Source: Antedon mediterranea
Lineage: Eukaryota > Animalia > Echinodermata
Assembly (NCBI RefSeq): GCF_964355755.1
Contig: NC_092679.1
Coordinates: forward strand, 11,701,432 to 11,765,431
Length of the DNA: 64,000 nucleotides
Reading direction: 5' to 3'
The stretch's first letter is position 1, and the number at the start of each line of letters is the position of its first letter. The notes beneath the pieces are model-generated. The model had not been told where the DNA came from. It ran no database searches and was given only the letters and a program-made list of their open reading frames with translations. This document shows, one piece after another, positions 48,908 through 61,544 of this stretch. The translations under genes were made by a program, and so were the position numbers.

Positions 48908-50648
48908 GTGACCTGCTCTGGCATAGTGAAACATAACTCGCTGATCTTTATTCAGTGTATTGACCTATAGAAGTACTATGTACGTTAAAAATCACTATCT
49001 TGGTGAAAATAGGGTTTTCCCCTTTTTGGAATCTACAACTATTTAAGAATCAAGATCAAGTTTCATTTCGTGTGAATTAAGTTTATAAAAGGGCTAAATA
49101 AGTGATTTTAATGAGTACCTATTTTGTCTTGATTTCATTTTGTTGCAAAAAAATGAAATAAAGTGCATGAAACACTGTTAGAAAACTGTGCAGTTTATGA
49201 AAATATTTGTATAGCTACCTTTAGAAACATGGTAGAGTCTGAAAATTTAAATATTCATAAGCCATATTCAGTGGGTATTTCAAGTGGTTTTCAATATTTT
49301 TGGCTTCTTCAGCGGGAATTAGAGGAGGTAAAAAGCTTCTCTGACGTGATTTTTACACAACAGAAATCCGTTGTCAAGGATACGCCACGTAATGGCTAGC
49401 GCGTAATAGAAATACAGTACTGTAATTGGCTTATCCTTATAATGACCTTTGACCTGTTTACTTTTTACGCGGAGAAGAGAGTGTAAACAATTCAGATTTA
49501 AGATAATCGATGGATCTAGTCTAGGGCCTAGGCCAAATACAATGACTAAAAAATAAAAACATAATGAGAGTAGCAAAGGACCTATGATATCAAATTATTA
49601 CAGCCAGTGTAGTGACTAGCCTAGGCCTACTAAGTAGCCTTTTGGACTACAGGCTGGGTCCTTCTAGGCCTACTTGTCCTAGCCTAGGCCCTAGGGTAGG
49701 CCTAGCAGGTCTAGACTAGACTAGCTAGGCCTAGGTAGGCTAGCTAGGTAGGTTGCAGGGCAAATAGGCCTAGCTAGGATAGGTAGGCTAGGCCTAAGTG
49801 GCACTTTTATTTGCCTACATATCACATAGGCCTACCATATTTATTGTTTTTACATAATAAGTATTGTATTAATTCATGTTATTGTAGGCTATTATTATGC
49901 ACTTACATCAACATAATTTCATGAACATTACACAATTTTAAGTAAATGCTTAAAACAAACTTAATACATTAGTATGTGCTTAAAACATATCCATTATTTA
50001 ATTGATTAAAGCAATCGCATAATGGTATTTAAGTTGTATTTGTTATCTAATCAGCAGGCACTACACAACTAAAATTTAAATTATTTAAGTAACTTTTAAG
50101 AACGTACTTAAATCCAGTAGTTCAAGAAATGGTATTTAATGTTATATAACTTAATTTATTGTATACATTTAATTAATTCTTAAAGAATAATACAGTTTTT
50201 TTAGTGTAAAAACATTAATTTACCCCCTTTTTTACCATTTTAAGCAAGTGCTTAAAAGAAACACAAGTATGTACTTAACATAGAATGTGGAAATATTTTT
50301 TTGTATGCATTGTCACAGTAATCAATATCCTACCAAAAAACATTTCATTGTATCATATTTTGTGAATGTGTGATACTTAGAAAGTATACACTATTAGATT
50401 AACAAATATTAATTTGTGTTGTTATTTTATAAAATAACATTGACATTCAATCATGATTTTCTCAAAACTGTTATTTGTATATTTCTTTATACATGCTTCG
50501 ACTTAACGTACAATATCTCGGGATCCCCTTCATGTTAAATATTAAGTTTGGTATCATTGTAAAGGATATAACATTTCCTACCAGATAGAATACAAATCTG
50601 AAAAATTTAAATTTTCGACTTATGTTTCACTTTTCCAGAGCAGGTCAC
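48908..50648. mobile_element. Non-autonomous DNA transposon, Sola-like (4-bp TSD ATGT)
   Basis: TIR GTGACCTGCTCTGG..AGTGAAACATAA / TTATGTTTCACT..CCAGAGCAGGTCAC; removal restores LINE codons KLRICDIEKQ; a 2-bp TG TSD with TGT..ACA ends fits equally well. Confidence 0.8.
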
Positions 50649-53600
50649 ATGTGATATTGAAAAACAAAAATGCATTCAAAAATTTAGATTACATAATAAG
50701 TTAAGGCTCTTTTTTCTTTATAAAAAGGAAATATGTTTAAGTTATCACTTGACCAACATCATTCATTTTAAACAAAGAAGATTATTAACTAAGTTACGTT
50801 TAGGGATATTAGAGCTAGAAATTGAAAAGGGCAGATGGGAAGGTGTAGAAAGATATAAGAGAACGTGTAAATTATGTAAAAAGAACATTGTTGAGGATGA
50901 ATATAATTTTATTTTGAAATGCACATTTTATAATGATTTAAGAAAAAGTTTTATTCCAAGATTTATTCGTGTTTTTCTTTCTATTAATAAGCTATGTTTA
51001 TTACTTTTCAACACAAATTTTACTTATAATTTAGGAAAATACGTCTACTTTGCTTTTGAAAGAAGAAATCATTATCTTAAGTTATAGTTATTTCTTATTT
51101 GTTTGTATTAGGGCCAAAGGCCAATATACATTGAACTAATAAATTCCCTGAAAAGGGAAAGAAAGTAAAATATAAACGTAGTCAATCGAACGCCCTCTCA
51201 GTCGACAATCTTCACGCACGTGAGTAAAGCCCAGCCTTGTTTACGTTACACCATCAGCGTCTACTGCCCACAACATGGCTACTGCGAGAGCCCCAAAACA
51301 ATGGCAGATTACCAAAAATGAAACAGCGACAGAAACAGCGACAGAATTTAGTATACATTATAACTCTTGATGCCAATTTTTCAAAATTCCTAGTTAACAC
51401 ATTTACTTGGATAAAGAAAACTACAGGAAATCCCACAAGGGGAATACCTGACGACGACACTGTCCCAGCCGCTTCTAGAAAAACCTCACTACAAAAAAAA
51501 TGTTCAATTTGACCTTATGTTAGGCCAAATTGCAAAGTTTTGCTCAGTCATATATACGAATTCTATTATTAAGCAATCAACATCACTCTCTGACATTTGG
51601 CAGAAAATACGACAACATTTTGTTTTCCAGTCCTCTGGAGCGCACTTCTTGGATCTCTCAAACATCAAACTGCTAACCGATGAAAAACCTCAGGATCTCT
51701 ACGACTTGTAGCTTTTTTTAGGACAATCTTTTAACAAAAGACGGCGGTATCACGCACCATGGTGAGGAGGTGACCACAGACGAAGACTTATCACCGTCAC
51801 TGGAAAACACTATTATTGTCATGTGGCTACAACTTATAAACCCGGGCTTGCCACAACTCGTCAAACAAAAGTATGGAGCAGAGCTACGAATAAATCACTC
51901 GCCTCTCTGAAACCAGAAATTTTGCAAGCTCTTTCTTCACTGGATGAACTTCGCAATATCGATGACTCCAAAGCATGTCGCACGGCTATTTTCAACAGAC
52001 AGTACAGGCCCCAGTATAACAAACTTGTCTAAACAAAAGCCACCAAACAAAACTTTCAATAAATCTTGCATTTTGTGCCAATCTTCTGGTCGACCACACA
52101 CCTCACACTCACTAATTTAGTGCAGATTTCTTCCAGCAGCTGATAGAAATAGTCTCGGCAATTCACGCTTCGTACACGCTGAAGACGACTATACTACAAC
52201 CCCTGACGAAGAACTCTGTATCGAAGACCTCACTCAGAGTTCACAACATGATATACCCATGGGCCTAATTGACAAACCAGCTTCAGCCAGCCGAGTCAAG
52301 GTAATTTAATCACCATTCCTGAACACATACTATCAACATTTCCCAGTGAAGTTGACACTCGACACTGGTGCCACAACCAATATCATTAAGGCATCGCTTG
52401 TCAGTTTTATTGATATGCCTATGACACAGGCAATTCAGATTGCTCACCAGGCTGATGGAGTAACACCTCTTGATGTTGTAGGTGAGGTCAATTGTATGCT
52501 AACAAGAGGCGAATAAACATTTCAACTTGACGCGTTAGTCGTAAAACAGCTAGACGTTGATGTACTCGCAGGCAATCCATTCTTAGTCAGCAATGATATT
52601 GCCACCCGCCCAGCTAAACGCCAAATCGTCATCAATGGCTCCACCATACTCAATTATGGCTCTCAACCAAATCCTACACAGTTGATCCAAAGATTCCAGG
52701 CGTGCTTACTTCGGTGCCCAACACAAACCACATTACTTCCTACAACTAACAACACCTGATAACTGTGATCCAGACTCACTTCTCGCTCTTGAACCTAGAT
52801 TTGACAGCAAAGTTAACCAACACTCTCACTCAGATAAAACCTGGCTAAATCCACAAGAAATACAATCAATCGGACACGCTATTCGAATCATCAATAACAC
52901 CAACGACCCCATTGAATTATCTCGTCATGATCATCTTTTCCAAGTCCGTCACATTTCTATGGTTACTAAAGCCGACACTCACGTCCCTCATATTCCTCGT
53001 ACATCCGAACTCCCCCCAGAAACACGTAAACAACTTGCGTCTCTACACGCCTAGTATGACCATGTTTTTAACCCGAAGGTATCAAAGTAAAATGGGTTCA
53101 GTGGTAAAATTGGAGCAGTGGTTAACATGGGTCCTGTGCAACCACCTCAACGGAAAGGGAGATTGTCTCATTATAACCGCGACACATTATTAGAACTGCA
53201 AGCCAAATTTGACGACTTAGAAACAGAAGGTGTTTTCGCCAAACCAGAACAAGTCAACACCACCGTTGAATATCTCAATTTATCCTTTCTCATCAAAAAA
53301 CCAAATGGCGGCAGTCGTCTTGTAACCTCATTTGGGGAGGTTGCCCAATACAGTAAACCACAACCGTCATTAATGCCAAACATCGACAACGTTCTGCACG
53401 ACATTGCCCGATGGAACTTTATTATTACCACCGACCTCTATCAAGCATACTATCAAATTCCTTTGGCTTCAAACTCCATGAAATATTGTGGAGTCACTAC
53501 ACCATTCAAAGGTATTAGAGTCTACACACGCTCAGCAATGGGCATGCCTGGTTCGGAAACATGCCTCGAAGAACTTATGTGCCGAGTACTGGGTGATTTA

Positions 53601-54333
53601 ATTCAATTCAATTCAACGTAAACATTTATTTTCTTTCTTTCAATCAATAATAAAACAAATGAATAAGGTATTACAAAAAAAGTAAGTACGAGTTTCAAAT
53701 AATACATTTCATGAATATAATATATAAACACGACAGGCAAAGAACATTAGTTCTAAACCGCCCGGTGATATACTGAAATTTTAATTAATTAATTTGAAAC
53801 GATAAAGATGAAGAAATATAATATAAATATATAGCCTATTGTAGTGAATATTTTAGTTGGTTCCGAGCTTTCTCAGGCGTATATATAACTCCACGCGACG
53901 TACACTGTCACTGAATGATAACTCATACAAAAAGTATATTTAACTCAACTAGAACTTTTATTCCTTGTAACTCGATTAATACATCTTACTACCAGTCAAG
54001 CCTTATTTTCTTTATCATCTTTCAGTTTATCTACTCTGATTTTATTCTCTCTTCCTCTTTTTTATCTATTACATTCCACTTTTATACTGGACATGAAAAT
54101 TTTAGGCTTCAGAGGAGGATAACATTTTCCCTCCAAAAATTATACAATTTTGATTGGCTAATAATATTTGGCGGACCTGGTCTAAAGCATCCTTATCTAA
54201 ACACAGGGAATCAGAACATAAATAATATGACATTCCCCTTTTTGGGAAAAAGATTGTGTCAATCTTTCCAAAAATTTAACATTTAAAACCATTTTACTAT
54301 AAACTATCTACAAATAACACCTCTATAATATTA

Positions 54334-57300
54334 TTATTCACGGCTTAATCCATCTGCATTTCCATTTAATGATCCTTTCTTGTAAATAACTTTAAATTTA
54401 TATCCTTGTAAAAACAGAGCCCATCTCATAAGTCTAATATTGGCACCCTTCATTGAGTCCATCCATCTCAATGCCTGGTGGTCAGTATGAACTTGAAATT
54501 CACAACCATACAGATAATACTTAAGTTTATTGATAGCCCAAACAATAGAGAGGCACTCTTTTTCTGGCACAGAATATCTCTGCTCATGTACAGATAACTT
54601 TCTACTTAAGTACACAATGGGATAATCATTACCCTCACCATCTATTTGGCTCAGCACTGCACCTATGCCATAATTTGAGGCATCGGTTTGCAATATAAAC
54701 ATCTTATCAAAATTTGGGGCTTTTAGTACATTATCATCAGTAAGTCGTTTCTTTAAAGTTACAAAGGCATTTTCACATTGTTCATTCCACTTAACGGTAT
54801 TACTTTTACTCTTTAAAGTTAAATCAATCAATGGCTTAGCAATATCGGCATAGTTCTGTACACATTTTCTGTAATAGCCAGTTAATCCGAGAAATGATCG
54901 GACTTGTTTCTTAGACAAAGGTCTGGGAAACTTTTCCACAGCCTCAACCTTATCAATAATGGGTCTAATTTTTCCATTACCAATCTTATGCCCCAGAAAT
55001 TCTACCTGTGCATAGGCAATTTTACATTTCAAAGGCTTTGCTGTCAATCCAGCACTACTTAATCTTTCTAATACATCATTCAAATGAAAAATATGATCTT
55101 TCCAAGTTTGACTATAAATACATATGTCATCTATATATGCCTTAGCATATCCCTCAGTACCTTGTAATACCTTATCCATTAATCTTTGGAAAGTACTAGA
55201 GCTATTTTGCATACCAAATGGAAGTACATTGTAACAATACTGTCCAAATTGTGTAATAAATGCTGATTTGTCTTTGGTCTTAGGATCCAGAGGCACCTGG
55301 TAAAATCCTTTAGTTAGATCTAACGTAGTTATGTATATTGCGGATGATACCTCATCCAACATTTCGTCTATGCGAGGCATAACATAAGGGTCAAATTGTG
55401 TAGTCTTATTTAGTGATCTAAAATCTGTCACCATTCTAATTTGATTCTGGCCTTTCTTCAGGGCAATAATAGGTGCAGCATAGGCACTAACTGTAGGTTC
55501 TATTATACCCATAGCCAACATACTATCTAATTCCTCTTTCAATTTACCCTTTAATGCTTGGGGCGTTCTATATGCCCTATGCCTTATAGGCATTTCACCA
55601 TTAGTCTTAATTTCATGTGTCACTAAGTGAGTTCTACCTGGTACATCCGAGAATACATTCTGTTGGTACTTTAACAATTCTGTTAATTGTTTAGTTTGTG
55701 TATCATTTAAATTACTACTAACGTTAACATCTCTCCATGTTTGTGATTGATTATAAGACAATCCTATGTCTATTTCACTATCTAACTCATTGTCATGGAC
55801 TGTTTCATTTAAGTCTACTTCTTCTATCGACTGGACATTTGTTACTACATAATAACCATCTTTACTTATTTCTACTTTATCATACCATCTCTTTAACATA
55901 TTAACATGTAGAATTTGTTTTTCTTTTCTTCTACCTCCTATGTATATTTCATAATTTACATCATTGACCTTTTTTGTAACAGTGAAGGGGCCTTGCCATT
56001 TACTGTCTAACTTACTATTTCCTACTGGAAGGAATATCAACACTTTGTCCCCTTCTACAAATTCTCTATCAATAGCATTTTTGTTATAATTGTGGGACAT
56101 AATTTCTTGTTGTTCAAGTTTGTTTACATTAGCATCTTTCATTAATTCCTCCATTTTTTCTCTTATGTCTAACATGTATTTGATAACATCAGTAGATGTT
56201 TCTTCATCTTCTACCCAATTACTTTTGAGTAAACTCAAGGGTCCCCTCACCTCTCTACCATAAAGCAATTTAAAAGGTGAATGGCCCGTCACTTTACTAG
56301 GAACTTCTCTGTATGCAAACAGAAAGGGGGGTATGTAGTTATCCCAATTTTTTCTTTGCTTAACTGTAAGTGTCCTTATCATATTTTTCAATGTACCGTG
56401 AAATCTTTCAACAAGCCCATTGCTTTGGGGGTGGTACACTGTAGTCTTTAATTGATTAATCCCCAACATACTACATATAGATTGCATAATTGAAGACATG
56501 AAATTAGTTCCTTGATCATGTACAATCTCTTCGGGTAATCCTACTCTAGTAAAGACTTCTATTAGAGCCCTGGCTACTGTTTTAGCTCTAACATTGGGTA
56601 ACGGGATAGCATCCGGATATCTCGTAGCATAGTCAATTATAGTAAGCATATATTTGTTATTACGGCTTGTTCTAGATAAGGGTCCAACAATGTCTATCGC
56701 TATACGTTTAAATGGTGTACTTATAATCGGTAATGGTATCAAAGTATGTTTCCTTTTACTTTTACCCTTATCTACCTTTTGGCATTCCTTACAGACTTTA
56801 CAATAGACTACAACATCTTTAAATATACCTGGCCAATAGAATTGGTTCAGGATCCTACTTTTAGTTTTCTCAACACCCATGTGACCTGCAAATGGCACAT
56901 TATGACCTAAGTGTAATACACCCTGTCTACACTGAGTGGGTAATACAATCTGTTCCACTTGGTTATTCTTATCTTTAATACTACTCCAATTTCTCATCAA
57001 TATACCTTGTCTCATAAAGAAACATACCCTATGCTGACCTATTTCTTCTATGGGGACTACCCTGTCAAACACTCCTTTGAGTGAGTCATCATAAGTTTGC
57101 AATTTGATCAGTTCTTGTTTAGTTAGGTTCAGCTTGTGCTGTTGTTCATAAGTTTTATGTTTGACTGTTTTATCTTTAGCTTTATCCTCATTTTCGTCAA
57201 ATAAATTATTCATTTCTGTTCCATTCATATCATCTAAACACTTAGTTATATTTACTTTGTTGTCATTTACTACTGTTTTCAACAATTGTACATTAGTTTC

Positions 57301-58959
57301 TTTAGGCGGCTCTTCTATCGGCTTAAAGTTAATATCTTTCCCAAACAATATCATTTCGTCTTGTATTCTAACATCATTTTCTATTCTGGCTTGCTCCCTA
57401 GTTAGGACGAACATTTCTTTAGCCATTGTTTCCCCACAATTCTGGTCCAAATCATGACCCAATAACATGTCCCTCTGTAATCCTTCGATTACGGCTACAA
57501 TCACTTTTCCTGTCACTATCTTACTTTCTATAGCTACCTCAGCTAAGGGGACGGTAATATCGCCTCCTATACCTCTTAACGTAACCCATTTTCCTGGCAA
57601 GTAACACTTGTTAGGCACTAGACTTTCCTTAACAGCTGACTGGGTACATCCCGAGTTTCTAAGCATAGTTATATCCTGTCCTTCTAATTTTCCTGGTATT
57701 GTACACTTCTCCATTTTATTTTCTACACTATCCATAACTACTTGGGGTCCATCTGATTTTATTCCTTCACATCTTAAGCCATCTTCCACATTCGGGCCCT
57801 TCTTAGTGTCACTAGTCTTTCCTTTTGCTACCATCTTAGGACAATCCCCTATTTTATGTCCCTTCTCCTTACAATTAAAGCATAGGCCATTAATCCATTC
57901 ATTTGAAGGTTCTCTCTGTTGGAAATTTCTACCATAGTTATGGAATTTGCCTCCCCTTCCGCGATACCTATTGTATCCTTGCTGCCTAGCTCCAGGGTTA
58001 TTCTGAGTCGTACTATTCTTATGTTTACTATTTTCTTGGCCCTTATAATACGTAGGCTTATTTTCAGAATTTACGGCATTCCAATAGCCACGGCCACCTC
58101 TATTAGCTATATAATCATCGGCTATCCTAGCCATATCATAGCTCTTATTTACTTGTTTATATCTAAGATAAAGCCTCAGATCTTCAGGCATTTTATCAAG
58201 TGCCTGTTCCATTATAATCATTTCAATAATGCCTGCAGCATCATCTTCTTTTACATTAGCACATTTCATCCAACATTTTAAATAATGGGAGAGCTCATTC
58301 AGCCATTCCCTGATGGACATATCTTTAACTCTGTTTGAATTTCTAAATTTAAATCTGTAGGTCTCTGCGGACACATCATACTTTTCTAAGATTGCCTTCT
58401 TTAAGGTATCATAATCTACACATTCTTTTACGGTTAAGGATGCATATGCTGTCCTAGCTTTACCAGACAGTTCAGGTGCTAACCTAGCGGACCACGTATT
58501 CTTATCCCAACCTGTGGCTTCTGCCAAGTGTTCAAATGTTCTAAAATATATATCAATATCATCTGATTCCTTCAAAGTAGGAACCTTTACCTTCATTTCA
58601 TCTACTATATTCCTAGCATTACTGTAGCTAGACCTATTTTCTAATTCCATCATTTTCACTCTTTCTTGTGATTCAATTTTTCTTTGCTCTAGGCCTATCT
58701 CTGCTTCTAATCTTAATTGGTCTTGTTGGTATTGTAATTCTAACTTTTTGTTTTCGGCCTCGAACCTCATTCGAAAATATTCGAGCATCATATCTTTAGG
58801 CATACCGCCGGGTATTTCGGGCAAATCAATATCCCTATCCATTTTATCATATATTTCATTGACTATGTCAACCATAACTTCTTGGTCAACCATATCTTCC
58901 CTAGTATCTTTTTCTGACATAGTCTTATCTATATTTTTACCCGATCTTAAAGTTGTCAT
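54334..58959 (-). CDS. Gag-Pol polyprotein 1541 aa, order Gag-CCHC-PR-INT-RT-RNaseH
   Basis: CFNCKEKGHKIGDC; protease MLRNSGCT (D>N); integrase H..GHMG..CKVCKEC, IDIVGP, DQGTNF, NGLVER; RT LDLTKGFYQ, PFG, YIDD; RNase H QTDAS, EKEC, TDH, NADGLSR. Confidence 0.95.
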   Translation of the reverse strand: MTTLRSGKNIDKTMSEKDTREDMVDQEVMVDIVNEIYDKMDRDIDLPEIPGGMPKDMMLEYFRMRFEAENKKLELQYQQDQLRLEAEIGLEQRKIESQERVKMMELENRSSYSNARNIVDEMKVKVPTLKESDDIDIYFRTFEHLAEATGWDKNTWSARLAPELSGKARTAYASLTVKECVDYDTLKKAILEKYDVSAETYRFKFRNSNRVKDMSIREWLNELSHYLKCWMKCANVKEDDAAGIIEMIIMEQALDKMPEDLRLYLRYKQVNKSYDMARIADDYIANRGGRGYWNAVNSENKPTYYKGQENSKHKNSTTQNNPGARQQGYNRYRGRGGKFHNYGRNFQQREPSNEWINGLCFNCKEKGHKIGDCPKMVAKGKTSDTKKGPNVEDGLRCEGIKSDGPQVVMDSVENKMEKCTIPGKLEGQDITMLRNSGCTQSAVKESLVPNKCYLPGKWVTLRGIGGDITVPLAEVAIESKIVTGKVIVAVIEGLQRDMLLGHDLDQNCGETMAKEMFVLTREQARIENDVRIQDEMILFGKDINFKPIEEPPKETNVQLLKTVVNDNKVNITKCLDDMNGTEMNNLFDENEDKAKDKTVKHKTYEQQHKLNLTKQELIKLQTYDDSLKGVFDRVVPIEEIGQHRVCFFMRQGILMRNWSSIKDKNNQVEQIVLPTQCRQGVLHLGHNVPFAGHMGVEKTKSRILNQFYWPGIFKDVVVYCKVCKECQKVDKGKSKRKHTLIPLPIISTPFKRIAIDIVGPLSRTSRNNKYMLTIIDYATRYPDAIPLPNVRAKTVARALIEVFTRVGLPEEIVHDQGTNFMSSIMQSICSMLGINQLKTTVYHPQSNGLVERFHGTLKNMIRTLTVKQRKNWDNYIPPFLFAYREVPSKVTGHSPFKLLYGREVRGPLSLLKSNWVEDEETSTDVIKYMLDIREKMEELMKDANVNKLEQQEIMSHNYNKNAIDREFVEGDKVLIFLPVGNSKLDSKWQGPFTVTKKVNDVNYEIYIGGRRKEKQILHVNMLKRWYDKVEISKDGYYVVTNVQSIEEVDLNETVHDNELDSEIDIGLSYNQSQTWRDVNVSSNLNDTQTKQLTELLKYQQNVFSDVPGRTHLVTHEIKTNGEMPIRHRAYRTPQALKGKLKEELDSMLAMGIIEPTVSAYAAPIIALKKGQNQIRMVTDFRSLNKTTQFDPYVMPRIDEMLDEVSSAIYITTLDLTKGFYQVPLDPKTKDKSAFITQFGQYCYNVLPFGMQNSSSTFQRLMDKVLQGTEGYAKAYIDDICIYSQTWKDHIFHLNDVLERLSSAGLTAKPLKCKIAYAQVEFLGHKIGNGKIRPIIDKVEAVEKFPRPLSKKQVRSFLGLTGYYRKCVQNYADIAKPLIDLTLKSKSNTVKWNEQCENAFVTLKKRLTDDNVLKAPNFDKMFILQTDASNYGIGAVLSQIDGEGNDYPIVYLSRKLSVHEQRYSVPEKECLSIVWAINKLKYYLYGCEFQVHTDHQALRWMDSMKGANIRLMRWALFLQGYKFKVIYKKGSLNGNADGLSRE

Positions 58960-59469
58960 GCTATCATGCTAATAACAATTTACTAATGAAATATGAAACT
59001 TATGTATACAAAATATGTTATAAAAGTATTTGTATTACCTTGATTCCATTCAGATATGTAAAAATATGAAATCCACATAAATTTTTAAATGCAATACAAT
59101 ATAAGACATTAATTTACTTCAAAGTCACAAACAACGTTCCAAGTTCGCTCCGTACAAAAATTTACTTTCGAAATAAAAATAGTTTACAAAGTCAGCTTTG
59201 CAAATCTTCTCAAAATTTACTGGGCTTCCTTCTGTTACTTCAGACTTCAGTCTTCTTCTTTCAGATCTCGGTGAATATATATCTCCGATGAATATCCAGC
59301 AGTCTTGAGCTCAACAGTACTTCTTCTTCGTTGTAATATCCAAACAACGGTATAAAAACTGTCAGGAATCCAGATCTTCGTAACCATTTAACTTTTTGGT
59401 TACTGATTTAACAGGCCCGTAGAGTAGGCACTGTCACTTCTTCTTCTTCTTCTTCTTCTTGATACTTAA

Positions 59470-61054
59470 AGGGGGGTTCCGGGTTTAAAATGAATAGTAA
59501 AAAATGTAAAATATATTTGTTTGTCTCTTGAACGGTAAAAGTTTCAATTTATATAAGCGCCCAGTGAAGCAGAACGAAGGCTGTGAAATCAGGCCAGATT
59601 ACAAGTGCAGCTACGGCAAAATCACACTGTGGTTACAAAATAGGAAATTCGTGAAATGGTCCATCTTCCGACGACTCGTTATCATAAACCATATCAATTA
59701 CTTTTGTAAAATTATACTTATCTGATGTAATTTTAGTCGGTCTTCCCATTTATAAAGTCAATTTTTTATGAAAATTCATCAAAACAGTGAAAAATTAGAT
59801 ATGTTTGCACTTTACGTTTGCCGATTTTCGCACCGACTTAGGGAAAAATCAAAATCAATGAAGCGTAACGTATACTGTACATTCCTGCTGAGGATCGAGC
59901 GAGACGACGATATACACGTGCTCTCTCTGCTGCCCATGCCTGGCATCGTCACGTGATAAGCAGATACAACAATACCAAACTGGTCGGGTCGAGTATACCC
60001 CGTCTATAATCACAACATGAACGATGTACAGTATTTGATTGAAGGTCGACTTGACCTACCGGAATGGTATAGATAATATAGCTCGAATGAGAGAGTTGGA
60101 ATATTTGTGTAGTGCAGCCTATAGTAAAAGGCCTGGTAGTATCAATTCGCATAGGATCTACTACACTAGCTAGCTCAATTTTTAACTGGGCCGGATCGGC
60201 TAGGTCTCCTGTCTCCTTCCTACTACCTGGTCTAATTGCTTGATGCATGAGTATCCGCTTTTTTGGAGAGTAAACTAAGCCTATTTTATTTTAGGCCTAC
60301 TTAGACGATCGGGACACCATACGTGTGGACGGCGATCGGACCTTGTTTTGCTTCAATATTTACAGCCGATTTTGTAGAACGTTTTAGGTTTAGATGGTTT
60401 AGGAGTTTGGTTGATAGTAGGATGGGTTTTGTTATTTATGGGCCAATCGTCTAGTAGTAGGCTAGCTAGGCCCATGGGCCCCATTGTTTTAACGTAGCCA
60501 TCGTGGCATGGAATCCCTAGTCAGAATGGCTCTCGCCCATATTATTATTAGGCTAGGCCTAGAGTAGTATTGTACGTGAAGCCGATAATACGATCTGTAC
60601 TATAGAGGTATAAAAATAGTATAATTTATGACTCCGTATCTGTACTAAATTTTGTATTTCATTAAATGTCAAATAAATATATGCTACTACTGTTATTATT
60701 ACACTTTAGGCCTAGCTTAGAAAATCTACAAAAAATGTATTTCACAATGATCGGGTGGTCGTCGTTTGACAGGGGAGAGAGATGTAAATTAGTTGACAAA
60801 CACAACGTACATGACGTCGCGAGTTTGGAATCCACTGGTGACGTGATTTTGTGAATATCTCATGAATATTAATGAGCTTCCCTAAGCTGCTGAAAAACAG
60901 ACTTTCCATGAATTTACCCTAAAATGTATATGAAATTTAATTTTTTTAATTTCTCGTTATTACTTCTTCATTCTGACATGTCTATATTGTTATAATATTT
61001 TTTATTTAATAAATAAACGATATTTAAAAGCAATTTTAAACCCAGAATCCCCCT
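59470..61054. mobile_element. Non-autonomous Kolobok transposon nested in the Gypsy 5' leader
   Basis: TTAA TSD (59466-59469, 61055-61058); TIR AGGGGGGTTCCGGGTTTAAAAT / ATTTTAAACCCAGAATCCCCCT. Confidence 0.85.
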
Positions 61055-61544
61055 TTAAATCATGTATCTTAAACAAAAATTTTCACCGCTGCCACCATGT
61101 AGTGAATATTTTAGTTGGTTCCGAGCTTTCTCAGGCGTATATATAACTCCACGCGACGTACACTGTCACTGAATGATAACTCATACAAAAAGTATATTTA
61201 ACTCAACTAGAACTTTTATTCCTTGTAACTCGATTAATAAATCTTACTACCAGTCAAGCCTTATTTTCTTTATCATCTTTCCGTTTATCTACTCTGATCT
61301 TATTCTCTCTTCCTCTTTTTTATCTATTACATTCCACTTTTATACTGGACATGAAAATTTTAGGCTTCAGAGGAGGATAACATTTTCCCTCCAAAAATTA
61401 TACAATTTTGATTGGCTAATAATATTTGGCGGACCTGGTCTAAAGCATCCTTATCTAAACACAGGGAATCAGAACATAAATAATATGACACCTATATAGA
61501 CTATTTTTAGTATATGTATATATGTACATACATACATATAAATG

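Larger units (their letters stand above)
46569..51169 (+). mobile_element. 5'-truncated RTE-X-like LINE with 14-bp TSD
   Basis: TSD ATATAAACGTAGTC (46555-46568, 51170-51183); ESDH, WFDKDC, KAPGIDG, QAGFR, FVDLKRAFD, GVQQGSPLS, LLYADD, C-terminal LEIEKGRW..R.CKLC...EDE. Confidence 0.88.
46262..53605 (+). mobile_element. Decayed Gypsy LTR retrotransposon split by an RTE-X LINE; 3'-truncated in RT
   Basis: LTR-like segment with AATAAA then PBS-like TGGTGGAAGCG near 46417; gag remnants from about 51280; protease LTLDTGAT near 52352; [14 protein letters not shown]...SAMGMPGSE (53118-53600); many stops. Confidence 0.75.
53840..61490 (-). mobile_element. Full-length Gmr1-type Gypsy LTR retrotransposon
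   Basis: 393-bp LTRs 53840-54232 and 61098-61490 (3 differences seen); TSD CCTAT; PBS TGGTGGCAGCGG (tRNA-Leu-like) at 61086-61097; PPT AAAAAGGGGAA next to 54232. Confidence 0.95.

Noticed and set aside
53915-54286. 123-aa ORF duplicated at 61173-61499
   Set aside because: Antisense reading of the two LTRs; low-complexity composition and the ends differ at the LTR boundary.
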